Shown: positions 1 to 9,206, numbered from the stretch's first letter. The stretch: 64,000 bases of DNA from Theionarchaea archaeon (GCA_018992685.1 JACVGT010000031.1:1-64000), one strand, 5' to 3'. The notes: generated from the sequence alone by a model not told the origin. Made by a program: numbers and translations.

Positions 1-71
1 GCTTCTGTCACTGTGAGGTGTTCTTCCTCTGGCAGTTGGAGTAATTTCCATCGTTCTGTTACCACGTCCAA
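1..71 (-). CDS. IS481-like transposase, N-terminal fragment (truncated by window edge)
   Basis: AAGGTGAT SD, then TTG, giving MDVVTERWKLLQLPEEEHLTVTEA, which resembles the N-terminal HTH region of IS481 transposases. Confidence 0.65.
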   Translation of the reverse strand, partial: MDVVTERWKLLQLPEEEHLTVTE

Positions 72-143
72 TGGGATCACCTTCTGCCAAAGTGTTACCC
101 ATGTCTCTACTTACTTTTGTTACCCATGTCCCTACTTATTACA
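1..143 (-). mobile_element. Left end of an IS481-family insertion sequence (element continues beyond the window start)
   Basis: Minus-strand terminus 5'-TGTAATAAGTAGGGACATGGGTAACA. A subterminal 21-bp repeat tgttacccatgtc(t/c)ctactta occurs at 93-113 and 118-138, followed inward by an SD and a transposase-like N-terminus. Confidence 0.75.
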
Positions 144-203
144 GATTGGTCTTGAGGAAAAGATTTATATAAGTCAAGGGTATCCTCAGTAAGAGGTGAT
201 TCC

Positions 204-520
204 GTGAAGGCAAGAGAATCCGTAATGACGGAAGCGATGGAAGAAGCATTCATGTTCTTGAGTGACCCTGTCCGTCAGTATATGGATTGCTTCGTACCCT
301 ACTGAGACCAGAATGGTGACGATTTAGGCAGTTCATCGCAAATTCGTGGCTTACTGATGCACGTGCTTCTGATTTCAAGGTTGAAGAATCTCTCGTTCGC
401 AAGCTGGAGGAGGTCTTGACACCTGCAGGCCTCCCCCTTGCTATTTCTGACTGAGATTTTGTGGTTATCAAGGATTGCTCTGGGAGGATAGAAGACACAG
501 GTAGATCAGGACCATCGTCC
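204..520 (+). pseudogene. Degraded gene, possibly an IS701-like transposase remnant
   Basis: TATA box and GAGGTGAT SD precede a GTG. The frame breaks after ...DCFVPY*, and a shifted frame reads LRPEW*RFRQFIANSW...LAISD*DFVVIK, loosely like the IS701 QF..SPW / IDDT.F.K motifs. Confidence 0.3.
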
Positions 521-1930
521 TGAATCAGGTTGCTGAAGGAGTCTCAGACACAGGAGGCGTCCTTGTGCCAAAGAGACTGCGAAGCCAGCAGGATTGGAAT
601 TTCTGGACAAAACTAGAATGTAGAGGACAACCCAGCTATCATGAGGACGTCCTGTGGCACTGACGAGCCCTCTGTCTGCCAAAGGCTCTGTGAAAGTCAG
701 CTCATGGACATTTGTCGATGTAGGTGGTATGCCTGTGAATGTTCTTTTCATCAGTCTACCAGAAGGATAACTGTCTCGTAGCACATTGCTCGCAGCGTTC
801 TCAAGGTCAAACTCAATCAAGACCGTTTTCTCGTGACCCCGCCCCATGCGCATCTTAGCCACTATGGTCTTTCCATCAGGGCCCACATCGAAATCCCCCA
901 GTCCAATTCCTCCTTCAATGGCAGTGTACTCAGGCGTGCCGGGGCGATTGAATCCGGAGAGCTGGCGCTTTCCCGAACCATCAGAATTCATAATCCAGTA
1001 CTCGAACTTAGGTGGATTCTCCATTATATCCTGAAGGTTCCCTCCTTTTACTTGGGGAATTCCCTGGGAAGATACCCACATGATTCTTCCATCTGGTGTG
1101 AAATGAGCGTGCTCATCCCATTCATCATTGTCTGTTAGCTTGTGGGTGATCCCTGTCTCCACATTCATGACGTATATCTCAAAATCATAGTAGTATTTCC
1201 CTTCCTCAATTCCAGAAAAGAGTATGTTCTTGCCATCAGGTGAGAATCCGTGTACCTCGTACAACTGAAGATCAAGGGGCCTCATGGTTTCCACATTCGT
1301 TATGTGCGGTTCTCCGCTCTCGGTAACAAGATCTGCCAGGCGAATTTCCCAGGTGCCGATATCCGATACCGGGCTGATCACTTCACTCCACAGCAGCTTC
1401 TTCCCGGTTGGTGAAATCTGAGGATGCAGTGTTCCGAACCTGTCTCCAACATGCGTGAGCTGCCAGAAGGCAGTACCATCACTAGTCATGATCCACAGGT
1501 TATTGTTAATGCCCACCCCTGGACTGGCAATGTATGATCCAACAGCTGTTGGAGGAAGCCCCTGGAGTTCAGGGTCTTGAGCCTGGAAGACAATGTACTC
1601 ACCCGAAGGGTGCCATACGGGGTTTCCATTATGAAGCTCAGGTATGTTCCCACCACAGGTCAGACACTCAGCGTGAGACCCATCAAGGTTCATGACGTAG
1701 ACATCAAAAAGACTGTCAGTCCCCGACCTGTCAAATGCAATGCGATCTTCACCGTGCAGCCAGCTTACCCGGCCTCCCCATTCCTGAAGGACAGTGACAG
1801 TTTTTACCGCAGTCCCGGGCTCAGATGAAGATCCTTCTGATTTTCTAGCTTGCTGAAGACAGCCTGTACCACATACGATGACAATCACTAAGATACACAA
1901 TCTTCTTCCCGATTTTGAATTGTGAACCAT
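506..1930 (-). CDS. TolB-like (PD40 repeat) beta-propeller lipoprotein
   Basis: Signal peptide with GC lipobox-like end; repeated P.WHPSG, SPTG, FSPDG and FTPDG motifs. The last ~90 aa look non-conserved. Confidence 0.8.
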   Translation of the reverse strand: MVHNSKSGRRLCILVIVIVCGTGCLQQARKSEGSSSEPGTAVKTVTVLQEWGGRVSWLHGEDRIAFDRSGTDSLFDVYVMNLDGSHAECLTCGGNIPELHNGNPVWHPSGEYIVFQAQDPELQGLPPTAVGSYIASPGVGINNNLWIMTSDGTAFWQLTHVGDRFGTLHPQISPTGKKLLWSEVISPVSDIGTWEIRLADLVTESGEPHITNVETMRPLDLQLYEVHGFSPDGKNILFSGIEEGKYYYDFEIYVMNVETGITHKLTDNDEWDEHAHFTPDGRIMWVSSQGIPQVKGGNLQDIMENPPKFEYWIMNSDGSGKRQLSGFNRPGTPEYTAIEGGIGLGDFDVGPDGKTIVAKMRMGRGHEKTVLIEFDLENAASNVLRDSYPSGRLMKRTFTGIPPTSTNVHELTFTEPLADRGLVSATGRPHDSWVVLYILVLSRNSNPAGFAVSLAQGRLLCLRLLQQPDSGRWS

Positions 1931-2044
1931 GGTCGTTTCATATCTTGAATACTTAAAATGGTGTCGCCACCTGAGTGCACCAACTCAAGAGAGAACACAC
2001 TGCTCTTCTGCCATCTGTTGGACTGTGAATTCTCAGAATGCAGT

Positions 2045-2830
2045 CTATAAGAGAAGCAGACTTACAGCCATGATGCCCATTCCCAGTACAATCCCCTGGA
2101 TTACTAGGTGACCGTGACCATACTGGTGGGCCAGAGGAAGCAGCTCATCTACTGAGATGTACACCATGATCCCTCCCACGAGAGCCAGCAGGCTGGCCAG
2201 CAATCCGGGTGACAGGAAGGGGAGCAAGACCACAAGCCCAACAGCAGCTCCCACAGGTTCTGCTAATCCAGAGAAGAAGGAATACAATGCTGCTTTTTGT
2301 CTGCTCTGCGTGGCATAGAAGATGGGAACAGACACTGAAATCCCCTCGGGAATATTGTGAATGGCAACAGCCACTGCAACAATGACGCCCACATTCGTGT
2401 TACTGAGAGCCATGCCGAATGTGGCGAGTCCTTCCGGGAAATTATGAATCCCGATTGCCAGGGCAGTGAGAACACCTGTTCTCATTAGCTGGTTGGATAC
2501 ATGACCCTCTCCTAACCCAGGTATTTCTGCTGGCCCCTTATACTCATGCGGGTTCTCGGCTTCAGGAATGGCCCGATCAATCACCCCGATTAAGGCAATT
2601 CCCCCAAAAAAGGTGAGAACAGCCCAGGGCTCACCTATTTCATGCACTGCGCTGGGTAGTAACTCCATAAAAGAAACATAGATCATCACACCTGCTGAGA
2701 GTCCCAGGGAAAAGGAAAGAAAGATTGTCCGGGGATTCCGTATGAAGTAGGCAATGGCACTCCCTATACCTGTGGAAAGGCCTGCTGCAGTGGTGAGAAG
2801 CAAGGCAATCATGATGTTCTGTTGATACAT
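2045..2830 (-). CDS. zupT: ZIP family zinc/divalent metal transporter
   Basis: AIGIHNFPEG and AIHNIPEG ZIP signatures. The start is reassigned to MYQQNIM at 2830 because the longer ORF overlaps the JAB gene. Confidence 0.93.
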   Translation of the reverse strand: MYQQNIMIALLLTTAAGLSTGIGSAIAYFIRNPRTIFLSFSLGLSAGVMIYVSFMELLPSAVHEIGEPWAVLTFFGGIALIGVIDRAIPEAENPHEYKGPAEIPGLGEGHVSNQLMRTGVLTALAIGIHNFPEGLATFGMALSNTNVGVIVAVAVAIHNIPEGISVSVPIFYATQSRQKAALYSFFSGLAEPVGAAVGLVVLLPFLSPGLLASLLALVGGIMVYISVDELLPLAHQYGHGHLVIQGIVLGMGIMAVSLLLL

Positions 2831-2989
2831 TGCTACACCATAGAGGCATCTATCCATAAGTAGTTTTCTGTGAATCACAGAATTCTGGTGTCCCCTGCTC
2901 GTGATATCTGTACGAACCCAGGCCATCGGTACCTCTACAGTCTTTCTTTGCAGGGCAACCTTTATAATTTTCAATAGTCCACAACGTAC

Positions 2990-3361
2990 ATGGAAGTCCA
3001 GATTGAGGATGAAACGCTGGAATTTCTCCTCCATGCGTGTAAGAGTACACATCCTGATGAATTTGCCGGGTTCTTGAGGGAACGAAAAGGAGTGATTACT
3101 GAAATCCTGCTGGTTCCTGGAACTATTTTCGGCAAGACAGGCTCTGTGGTCAACTACTGGAACCTTCCTATTGATCCCTCTGTGAGTGGGACTGCCCATT
3201 CCCATCCTTCTGCAAATGTTACTCCCTCTCCCAGTGATTTGCGGTTCTTCTCCATCTTTGGAAAATATCATGCCATCGTGGGGTTTCCCTATGCAGAACA
3301 GAGTATCCAGTTCTATGCCAGAGATGGTAGCAGACTCGCCCACAAGGTGGTCACGTGGTGA
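2990..3361 (+). CDS. JAB/MPN+ (Mov34) metalloprotease
   Basis: N-terminal Glu (HPDEF) plus HSHP....PS.SD JAMM motif. Confidence 0.9.
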   Translation: MEVQIEDETLEFLLHACKSTHPDEFAGFLRERKGVITEILLVPGTIFGKTGSVVNYWNLPIDPSVSGTAHSHPSANVTPSPSDLRFFSIFGKYHAIVGFPYAEQSIQFYARDGSRLAHKVVTW

Positions 3362-4767
3362 AGTATGCAGAGACAGAGTGGGTCAGAAAACAATTTCTTC
3401 CTCCTGAAGAGAGAATCATGATCAATCCATTGGATCCTGTTTACAAGTCCATGCTTGAACGTGCCACCTATGAAGAAAAGGACATTATTCCAGAAATCAA
3501 GAAGAGGCTTTCTGAGATGCTCTCAGAGTCTGACGACACCAGAAGAAGCACTGTTGAACCTGAGCCTTCAAAGGAGGTCATGTACCAGCTCTTTCCCCTG
3601 GTTTCGGTGGCCAGAAAAGGTTCTCATTCCAGGGAGGCGGGATTGGCAATACGAATGGTAGTAGAACCCATAAGAGAGAGATTATGGCATGCTCTCGACA
3701 ACCAGAGGATCAGGCGTGACGTCCTCGATACTATGAAAGGTGTTTCCTCAGTGTGTACCCTCTCAGAAACAGGAGTAACCATTCCACGGGAGGACAGGTT
3801 CCGCCTGGGGTCTGAAGAAGACCATCTGCAGTATGCAATACGTTGGGTCGATGTGGCCGATACTGACCTCACCCAGCACTACCTTGTGGAAGGGTGGATT
3901 CCTTTCACCAGGTCACAGCTCATCGACGTGTATTCAGAGCTGCTCACCAAGGCCTTGAAGCGATATATAGATGAGAAAAGGGAGGAATACAGAACCCAGA
4001 ATATCAAACTCCCTTCAGTCTTCACCCGTATTCTTAACCTTATTTCTTCCGAAGTCCCTGCTGTGTCAGTGGCTCCCGTGGGGGCCGCAGATTTTGATGA
4101 GAATGCGTTTCCCCCCTGCGTGAGGGAAGCTCTCCAGGGTACCTCCTCCGGTCTGAGAAACTATGCCATCACTGTGCTTTTGACTGCCTTTCTTTCCTAT
4201 GCCAGGGTCTATCCCTCTCTGACTGCGTTTGACCAGGAAAAGAAACCTGAGCTCTCTTCCGAACAGATTGAGATTATTCTGGAGGACGTGGCTCCCCTGA
4301 TCATTGAAGCGGGGAACAAGTGCGATCCCCCTCTGTTTCAAGACCAACCCATCGAACAGGCGAATGTCTTCTACCACCTGGGATTTGGCCTGAGTGAATC
4401 GCCTTCTCCCAGAGATTTTGGCACATCGAAGTGGTACCTCCCTCCCAGTTGCGCCAAGGTTAAGCAGAATGCACCCTCCCTGTGTAAACCAGATGAGTTG
4501 TGCCTTCAGGGGATATATGCGGTGGCAGACCGCACGAGGCTGGACCAGCTCATCAGCAGCAATACAGGAGATGCGCAAAGGGTCCTGCTGGCCCTCAGAA
4601 AGACCAGGAATCCTCAGAGGATTGCGGAGGCTTCAGGTGTTGATATTGGAGAAGTGAACAGGATTTTGCACAACCTGCACAAGGATGATGTTCTTGTCCT
4701 GTTACGGGTCAAGAATCCCCTGGTCTACTACGTGAGAAAGATCAGAAGGAGAAAGAGGACGAAATGA
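3355..4767 (+). CDS. priL: DNA primase large subunit
   Basis: FPPC...G.RNYAITVLL.AFLSYAR, WY.PPSC.K.K...LC.PD.LC and C-terminal KNPL.YY motifs of Thermococcales-type PriL. Confidence 0.9.
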   Translation: MVKYAETEWVRKQFLPPEERIMINPLDPVYKSMLERATYEEKDIIPEIKKRLSEMLSESDDTRRSTVEPEPSKEVMYQLFPLVSVARKGSHSREAGLAIRMVVEPIRERLWHALDNQRIRRDVLDTMKGVSSVCTLSETGVTIPREDRFRLGSEEDHLQYAIRWVDVADTDLTQHYLVEGWIPFTRSQLIDVYSELLTKALKRYIDEKREEYRTQNIKLPSVFTRILNLISSEVPAVSVAPVGAADFDENAFPPCVREALQGTSSGLRNYAITVLLTAFLSYARVYPSLTAFDQEKKPELSSEQIEIILEDVAPLIIEAGNKCDPPLFQDQPIEQANVFYHLGFGLSESPSPRDFGTSKWYLPPSCAKVKQNAPSLCKPDELCLQGIYAVADRTRLDQLISSNTGDAQRVLLALRKTRNPQRIAEASGVDIGEVNRILHNLHKDDVLVLLRVKNPLVYYVRKIRRRKRTK

Positions 4768-4893
4768 TGGTCACGGTTACCTCAGGATAGGTGTGCATTG
4801 ACTGTTGATTGGTGCTGGCATGGAGAGTTCGGGAAACCTTTTTAAAGCTGGAAATGACGGCCACAATCATAACACAAGAGGAGATGAAAAGCG

Positions 4894-5073
4894 TTGAAAT
4901 CGAAATATAGGGTTCACCGATTCAAGATTAGTATGGCAGAGGATCAGAGCAGGTTGGAGCAATTCCTGAACAATCTGGAAGGCGAGGTAGCAGCAATAAT
5001 TCCTAATATTGCTTTGGATATCATGTGGAAACATCGTGTGAATTTTCTGTTCATTGTGGAGAAGCTGGAATGA
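4894..5073 (+). CDS. Small hypothetical protein, 59 aa (not in ORF track)
   Basis: A purine-rich GAGGAG precedes a TTG start, giving MKSKYRVHRFKISMAEDQSRLEQFLNNLEGEVAAIIPNIALDIMWKHRVNFLFIVEKLE with a protein-like beta-alpha-beta pattern. Confidence 0.7.
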   Translation: MKSKYRVHRFKISMAEDQSRLEQFLNNLEGEVAAIIPNIALDIMWKHRVNFLFIVEKLE

Positions 5074-5380
5074 AAGACGAAGAATAGGAGCTCCATCCCA
5101 GAAGGATCTTTCAACAGTTAATCTTTCTTGCATACCTGATACTGAAGTTCCTTTTCTGCTTTCCTGGCCTGAGATCAACCCGTCAGAAGCTCACAATGTG
5201 TCATGGCGGGAGCACGCTCGCTGATTCCTTGAGAATCTCAGCCCTGCCAACCTCCGCTCAAAGCCGTCCGAGAACTGAGTATTGAAATATTCCGAAGGTA
5301 CAAAGGCTTAAATAGAGATATTTCCACTATATCATAGAACTGCAAAGAGAATTGCGTGGCAATTAGCAGGAGGTTCCCAT

Positions 5381-5512
5381 ATGGAATTTGCTGGATTCGT
5401 ACTGCATACGTTTTATGGTGCAGGCGTACTTCTCGGTCTTGATAGCTGGAATCGTAGTCGTAGCGAGTCTGATTGGGCTTACACTACTTTGGTATCACTG
5501 CAAAGGAGGTGA
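5381..5512 (+). CDS. Candidate 43-aa peptide (MEFAGFVLHTFYGAGVLLGLDSWNRSRSESDWAYTTLVSLQRR)
   Basis: AGGAGGT SD directly upstream, and the stop overlaps the SD of the next gene. It competes with the TM-encoding frame starting at 5388. Confidence 0.35.
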   Translation: MEFAGFVLHTFYGAGVLLGLDSWNRSRSESDWAYTTLVSLQRR

Positions 5513-5516
5513 AAAA

Positions 5517-5909
5517 ATGACAGAAGATGAAATAGAAGCCAAAGAGGCCAATAGACGGCTCCTTGACGGCGCAGAAACCAAGGTCAGATTGGATACTGAG
5601 GCAGTACTGGTTAAACTGGATAATACGATGCGCAGGATCACTGACATACTGTTCATGGTAATTCTTGGAAGTCAGACTGAGGAAGGAAGTTCTGGCAGAG
5701 ATTTCTTAAAAGAGGAAATGGTAACCCGCGTTTCAGAAATAGGAACAGAAGAACGCAGTCTTGTACAGTCCGTTGAGGATTTGGCGAAAGCCATTCTTGG
5801 ACTGGCACGGAGTGTGTATGAGGAATCAAGTCCTTTGCAATCAGGAACCGAATACTATGCCGATTCTGGGAGACAGTCTAGAGGGCCGTATCAGGGAGAA
5901 TGCTCATGA
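5517..5909 (+). CDS. Hypothetical helical protein (possible N-terminal TM extension from 5388)
   Basis: Strong GGAGGTG SD before ATG 5517; ORF track 5388..5909. Confidence 0.6.
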   Translation: MTEDEIEAKEANRRLLDGAETKVRLDTEAVLVKLDNTMRRITDILFMVILGSQTEEGSSGRDFLKEEMVTRVSEIGTEERSLVQSVEDLAKAILGLARSVYEESSPLQSGTEYYADSGRQSRGPYQGECS

Positions 5910-6044
5910 ACACAGAAACCTGCACCATGGATTGCGTCAAGCTGTTTGCACATGAGTTCATGAAAAGACACTATCCTTCACGGGTGAATCTCAAAATCTG
6001 CAAATCGACAAAAGCCATATTAGATAATACTTACAGAGACGTTT

Positions 6045-7430
6045 ATGACTCCACCCAGCAGCCATGAAGAACGAGATGCTGAACTCATGGTTGACATTCT
6101 GGACTTTGCACGGTGTCACGGAAGGAAGATTCTGAAAGACCAGATGAAGGTCGTGGGAGGCGAGAGAATCCAGACAGTGCTGCAACGACTTCTTATTGGC
6201 GAATATCTTGAAAGAATTGAGAAAAAGGACATTCCTGTCTTTTACACACTGACCTCAAAGGGACTAAACCTGTTCGAAGAGCGTCTGACCTCCCAGCTTT
6301 CAAAAGACTCACGACAACACGTTGCTGAAACTCTTGCCAACGCAATGGCTGAACTTGAAGCAAAGCCCTGGGAAGTGATGTTTCACATCATTCACGTCAT
6401 CGGAAAAAGCAGGGGGGCCACTACTGGGGACATCGAAGAGTACTTCCATACGTATTTGCCTGAGATAAAAGGGACATCCAGGGCAAATATCTACCGGAAC
6501 ATAAAGCACCTGAGGATGAAGGGGTACATTCAATATAAGAAACGGAGTCATCTTGATCAAAATCAATACAGACTGTCAAAGAAGGGGGAGGAGATCTTTT
6601 ACATGACAAAAATTGATGCGACTCGGAACCTGCGCACAGCAGAAGAGTGGGACAGTACACTCAAGGAAGTGTTCAAAAGCGTGGCTGACCAGCAGAAGGA
6701 GGATGACAGCGCTCTTTTCTATGTTATGGAGCACAGCATCCCAGAAGGGTTGGACGTGTCCCAGATCGTCTGGGTACTCTACAACCAGGGTGCCCTCTAC
6801 GAACTGAAAAACAACCTGGATAAGGCTGAAGAGTCTTACGTGCGCATGGAAGGGATCTGTGAAGAACTTGAAGACACACGCGGAAGAATCTATGCACTGA
6901 AGGGACTGGGAAATGTATCGTTCAAGAAGGAAAAATACACAGTGGCTGAACAGTATTACAAGAGGTGCCAGAGAATTCTTCAGACTTTTCAGGATACATT
7001 GCTGCTGTCTGACGTTCTGAATAACCTGGGTTCCTGCCTCTACATGAAGGATGACGTTGACGAAGCGCTGGCCCTATTCTGTGAGGCCCTCACCTTGGCT
7101 GGGAGTGACATGTCCAGGAGAGCCTCCACGCTCTACAATGAAGGGCTATGTTTTGCCCGAAAGGAAGATCTTGATGGAGCGAGAACTGCCTGGGAGGAAA
7201 GTTTAGCCCTCTACAAAGAAATGCAGGAACCTGTAGACATGAAGAAAGTGGAATATAATATCAGGCAGATAGATAGAAAACAGAAGGGAGACTACTTGGA
7301 AAAGGCCTACAGAAGAGCCCTGGAGATGGGGACTTCGCAGGACATTGAAAGGAGCTACAGAGAACTATCCGAATTCCAGATGAATGATCTCGTGGCATTA
7401 ACTGATTCCTTACCAGAGAGTTCAACGTGA
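6045..7430 (+). CDS. Tandem winged-HTH plus C-terminal TPR repeat regulator
   Basis: Two wHTH-like ends (Y.LT.KG and SRANIYRNIKHL...GYI...YRLSKKG). The C-terminal half carries TPR consensus (LYNQG.LY, ALKGLGNV, LNNLG.CL, LYNEG.CF). Confidence 0.85.
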   Translation: MTPPSSHEERDAELMVDILDFARCHGRKILKDQMKVVGGERIQTVLQRLLIGEYLERIEKKDIPVFYTLTSKGLNLFEERLTSQLSKDSRQHVAETLANAMAELEAKPWEVMFHIIHVIGKSRGATTGDIEEYFHTYLPEIKGTSRANIYRNIKHLRMKGYIQYKKRSHLDQNQYRLSKKGEEIFYMTKIDATRNLRTAEEWDSTLKEVFKSVADQQKEDDSALFYVMEHSIPEGLDVSQIVWVLYNQGALYELKNNLDKAEESYVRMEGICEELEDTRGRIYALKGLGNVSFKKEKYTVAEQYYKRCQRILQTFQDTLLLSDVLNNLGSCLYMKDDVDEALALFCEALTLAGSDMSRRASTLYNEGLCFARKEDLDGARTAWEESLALYKEMQEPVDMKKVEYNIRQIDRKQKGDYLEKAYRRALEMGTSQDIERSYRELSEFQMNDLVALTDSLPESST

Positions 7431-7630
7431 CATTTTTGACAGAACGACACAGAAGCCCGGTCTTCTCCGCACTGAGGGAACTCAACTGGGTTTGTAGAAT
7501 CCTAAGAAATGAGACATTTGTCAAAAATCAGGACTAATCCAAATTTAAAATACAATATATAGACTATTTCTTGATAAATTGAGAACTAATTATATCTATG
7601 CATTTAGATCCAAGTGTGAGGTGACTGAAA

Positions 7631-7726
7631 ATGTACACTATGGGCGTATTTGGTTTGCCACTTGTCCTTGGGGGAGTGACCCCTTCTGGGGGAAAACCGG
7701 GAGATGACCCTGGCAGTCCTTGCTAA
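7631..7726 (+). CDS. 31-aa peptide MYTMGVFGLPLVLGGVTPSGGKPGDDPGSPC (not in ORF track)
   Basis: GAGGTGA SD 6 nt upstream, AT-rich TATA-like region at 7540-7600, and T-tract at 7758-7771 downstream. Confidence 0.65.
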   Translation: MYTMGVFGLPLVLGGVTPSGGKPGDDPGSPC

Positions 7727-7754
7727 GGCAGGCACAAAGCAGAGTTACTACTTT

Positions 7755-8831
7755 CTATTTTTCTTTTTTTTCAATGAGTGTCTTGATCTGTTCCTTATAG
7801 TGTGCAAAGGGGAATATCCACCGCTGCGTCTCAATGTCGAAATGTTCATCGTTAAAAGATTTCTTCATGGGATCGTGGACAGATTTCAACTGGAGACATC
7901 GAACCTGTACTTGTGGAGACAGACCTCCAAGCGTGTTCATCAATTCAGGCCCCACCTGGGGGCTTGTCACGCACCACACAAAGCCCATGTCCCTGCACAT
8001 GGTATATGCCTTATACAGCCGACAATCCTGGCCAAAGTTCACCAGGAATTTAACAACATCTTCTGGATCACCCTCAACCAGTAGCAAGAACCCATAACTC
8101 TCTATCCAGGGAAATGGAGAGATATTAAAGTGTTTCCTCTCGGCAATTCCAGCACTGCAGATCTTCTCAATACTGTACTTGATCTGGCTGCGCCTCCAGA
8201 ACCGTCCGTACACTCTCTTTTCTATTCGCTGGATTTCGCTGATATTGCATGTTTTCACCTGCAAGTACTGCATCACCTGCAGGTCAATGAACCTCCACCA
8301 CGTATCAGACGTTCTTTCGGGGTATGCCAGGTCAATGGCCACCTCATCGAAGACATGTGAAACTGGTGGGATTATTTCACCAAAGAAGTCGGGATTCTGG
8401 ACAAACCACCTGTTCTGGGAAGAATGTACCTCATATGTTATGAACCCTGCGTGTTGTATGATGGAAAGAAGCCTTGTGAGGTAGGCATAGTAATTCGACC
8501 TGAACACAACAAAGAAGGTATCCCCCTGCATGGTGGGAAAGATCCACTCCCAGCAATCAATCGATGTGATCAGTTCAAAGGCTGAATCATACTCTCTGGG
8601 ATCGAACCGGATCTCAGTCAGTATATTGTGGACGCGATTCTCACCTACCGCATTTAGGTTGATGTGGTAGAATGGTCCTCTGATATACCCTGCCTTTCTC
8701 AGGCTGGCTATCTTACTGCTCACTGTGCTGATCCGCCTGTAGTGCAGGGAGTGCTGCAGTCTCGACTTAGAAAGTGAACAATCCTTTCCAAGTAATGTGA
8801 GGAGGTTCTTTTCAGGGTCATTCAAGGTCAC
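7755..8831 (-). CDS. Tandem Lrp/AsnC-like winged-helix regulator
   Basis: N-terminal wHTH (EKNLL.LL.KD...STVSSKI.SL.K.GYIRG) and a second unit starting D..VM.YLQ, each followed by a beta/alpha RAM-like segment. Confidence 0.7.
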   Translation of the reverse strand: MTLNDPEKNLLTLLGKDCSLSKSRLQHSLHYRRISTVSSKIASLRKAGYIRGPFYHINLNAVGENRVHNILTEIRFDPREYDSAFELITSIDCWEWIFPTMQGDTFFVVFRSNYYAYLTRLLSIIQHAGFITYEVHSSQNRWFVQNPDFFGEIIPPVSHVFDEVAIDLAYPERTSDTWWRFIDLQVMQYLQVKTCNISEIQRIEKRVYGRFWRRSQIKYSIEKICSAGIAERKHFNISPFPWIESYGFLLLVEGDPEDVVKFLVNFGQDCRLYKAYTMCRDMGFVWCVTSPQVGPELMNTLGGLSPQVQVRCLQLKSVHDPMKKSFNDEHFDIETQRWIFPFAHYKEQIKTLIEKKEK

Positions 8832-9159
8832 ACGAGACCCTCCATGGGGAGTCTTCTTTTGCTACCTTTCCAAGACATATAACCGGTTATTAGATATAAA
8901 GGTATTCGGTCCACATTGCATGGCTCTTCACTGAGGCCGGAACACGGATATGATCTGAGAGGAGCATTCCGGAAATGCAGACCTGACAGGTGATACTACA
9001 CGGGATTCGTGGATTCATACCGTGCAAGAGGAATCTGTGAGATTTATGAGAGTTAGTTTTTACCTAGATGTGAGGAGTGTAGGCCTGCATGTGTGGGATC
9101 GTTGATGTACCCACATTGGCAAATCCTGTCACCTCGGAACCTAGATACAGCTTCCTTGG

Positions 9160-9206
9160 AAAAAAAATGGAAAGGGGAGTAAGGAGGAAAAACATCTCAC
9201 CTTTCC
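9160..9206 (-). ncRNA. Candidate ~47-nt hairpin small RNA
   Basis: BRE/TATA GAAAAG-TTTATATA at 9242-9229; the +30 position falls on the first G of the stem GGAAAGGUGAG/CUCCCCUUUCC, which is followed by U8. Confidence 0.45.

Noticed and set aside
93-138. Tandem 21-bp repeat as a mini-CRISPR
   Set aside because: Only two copies with a 4-nt gap; explained as IS subterminal repeats
2831-3343. 171-aa N-terminal extension of ZupT
   Set aside because: Antisense to the well-supported JAB gene; an ORF-calling artefact
5906-6067. ~53-aa ORF coupled (ATGA) to the 5517 gene
   Set aside because: May be a truncated gene, but there is no identifiable motif and it overlaps the TPR gene start
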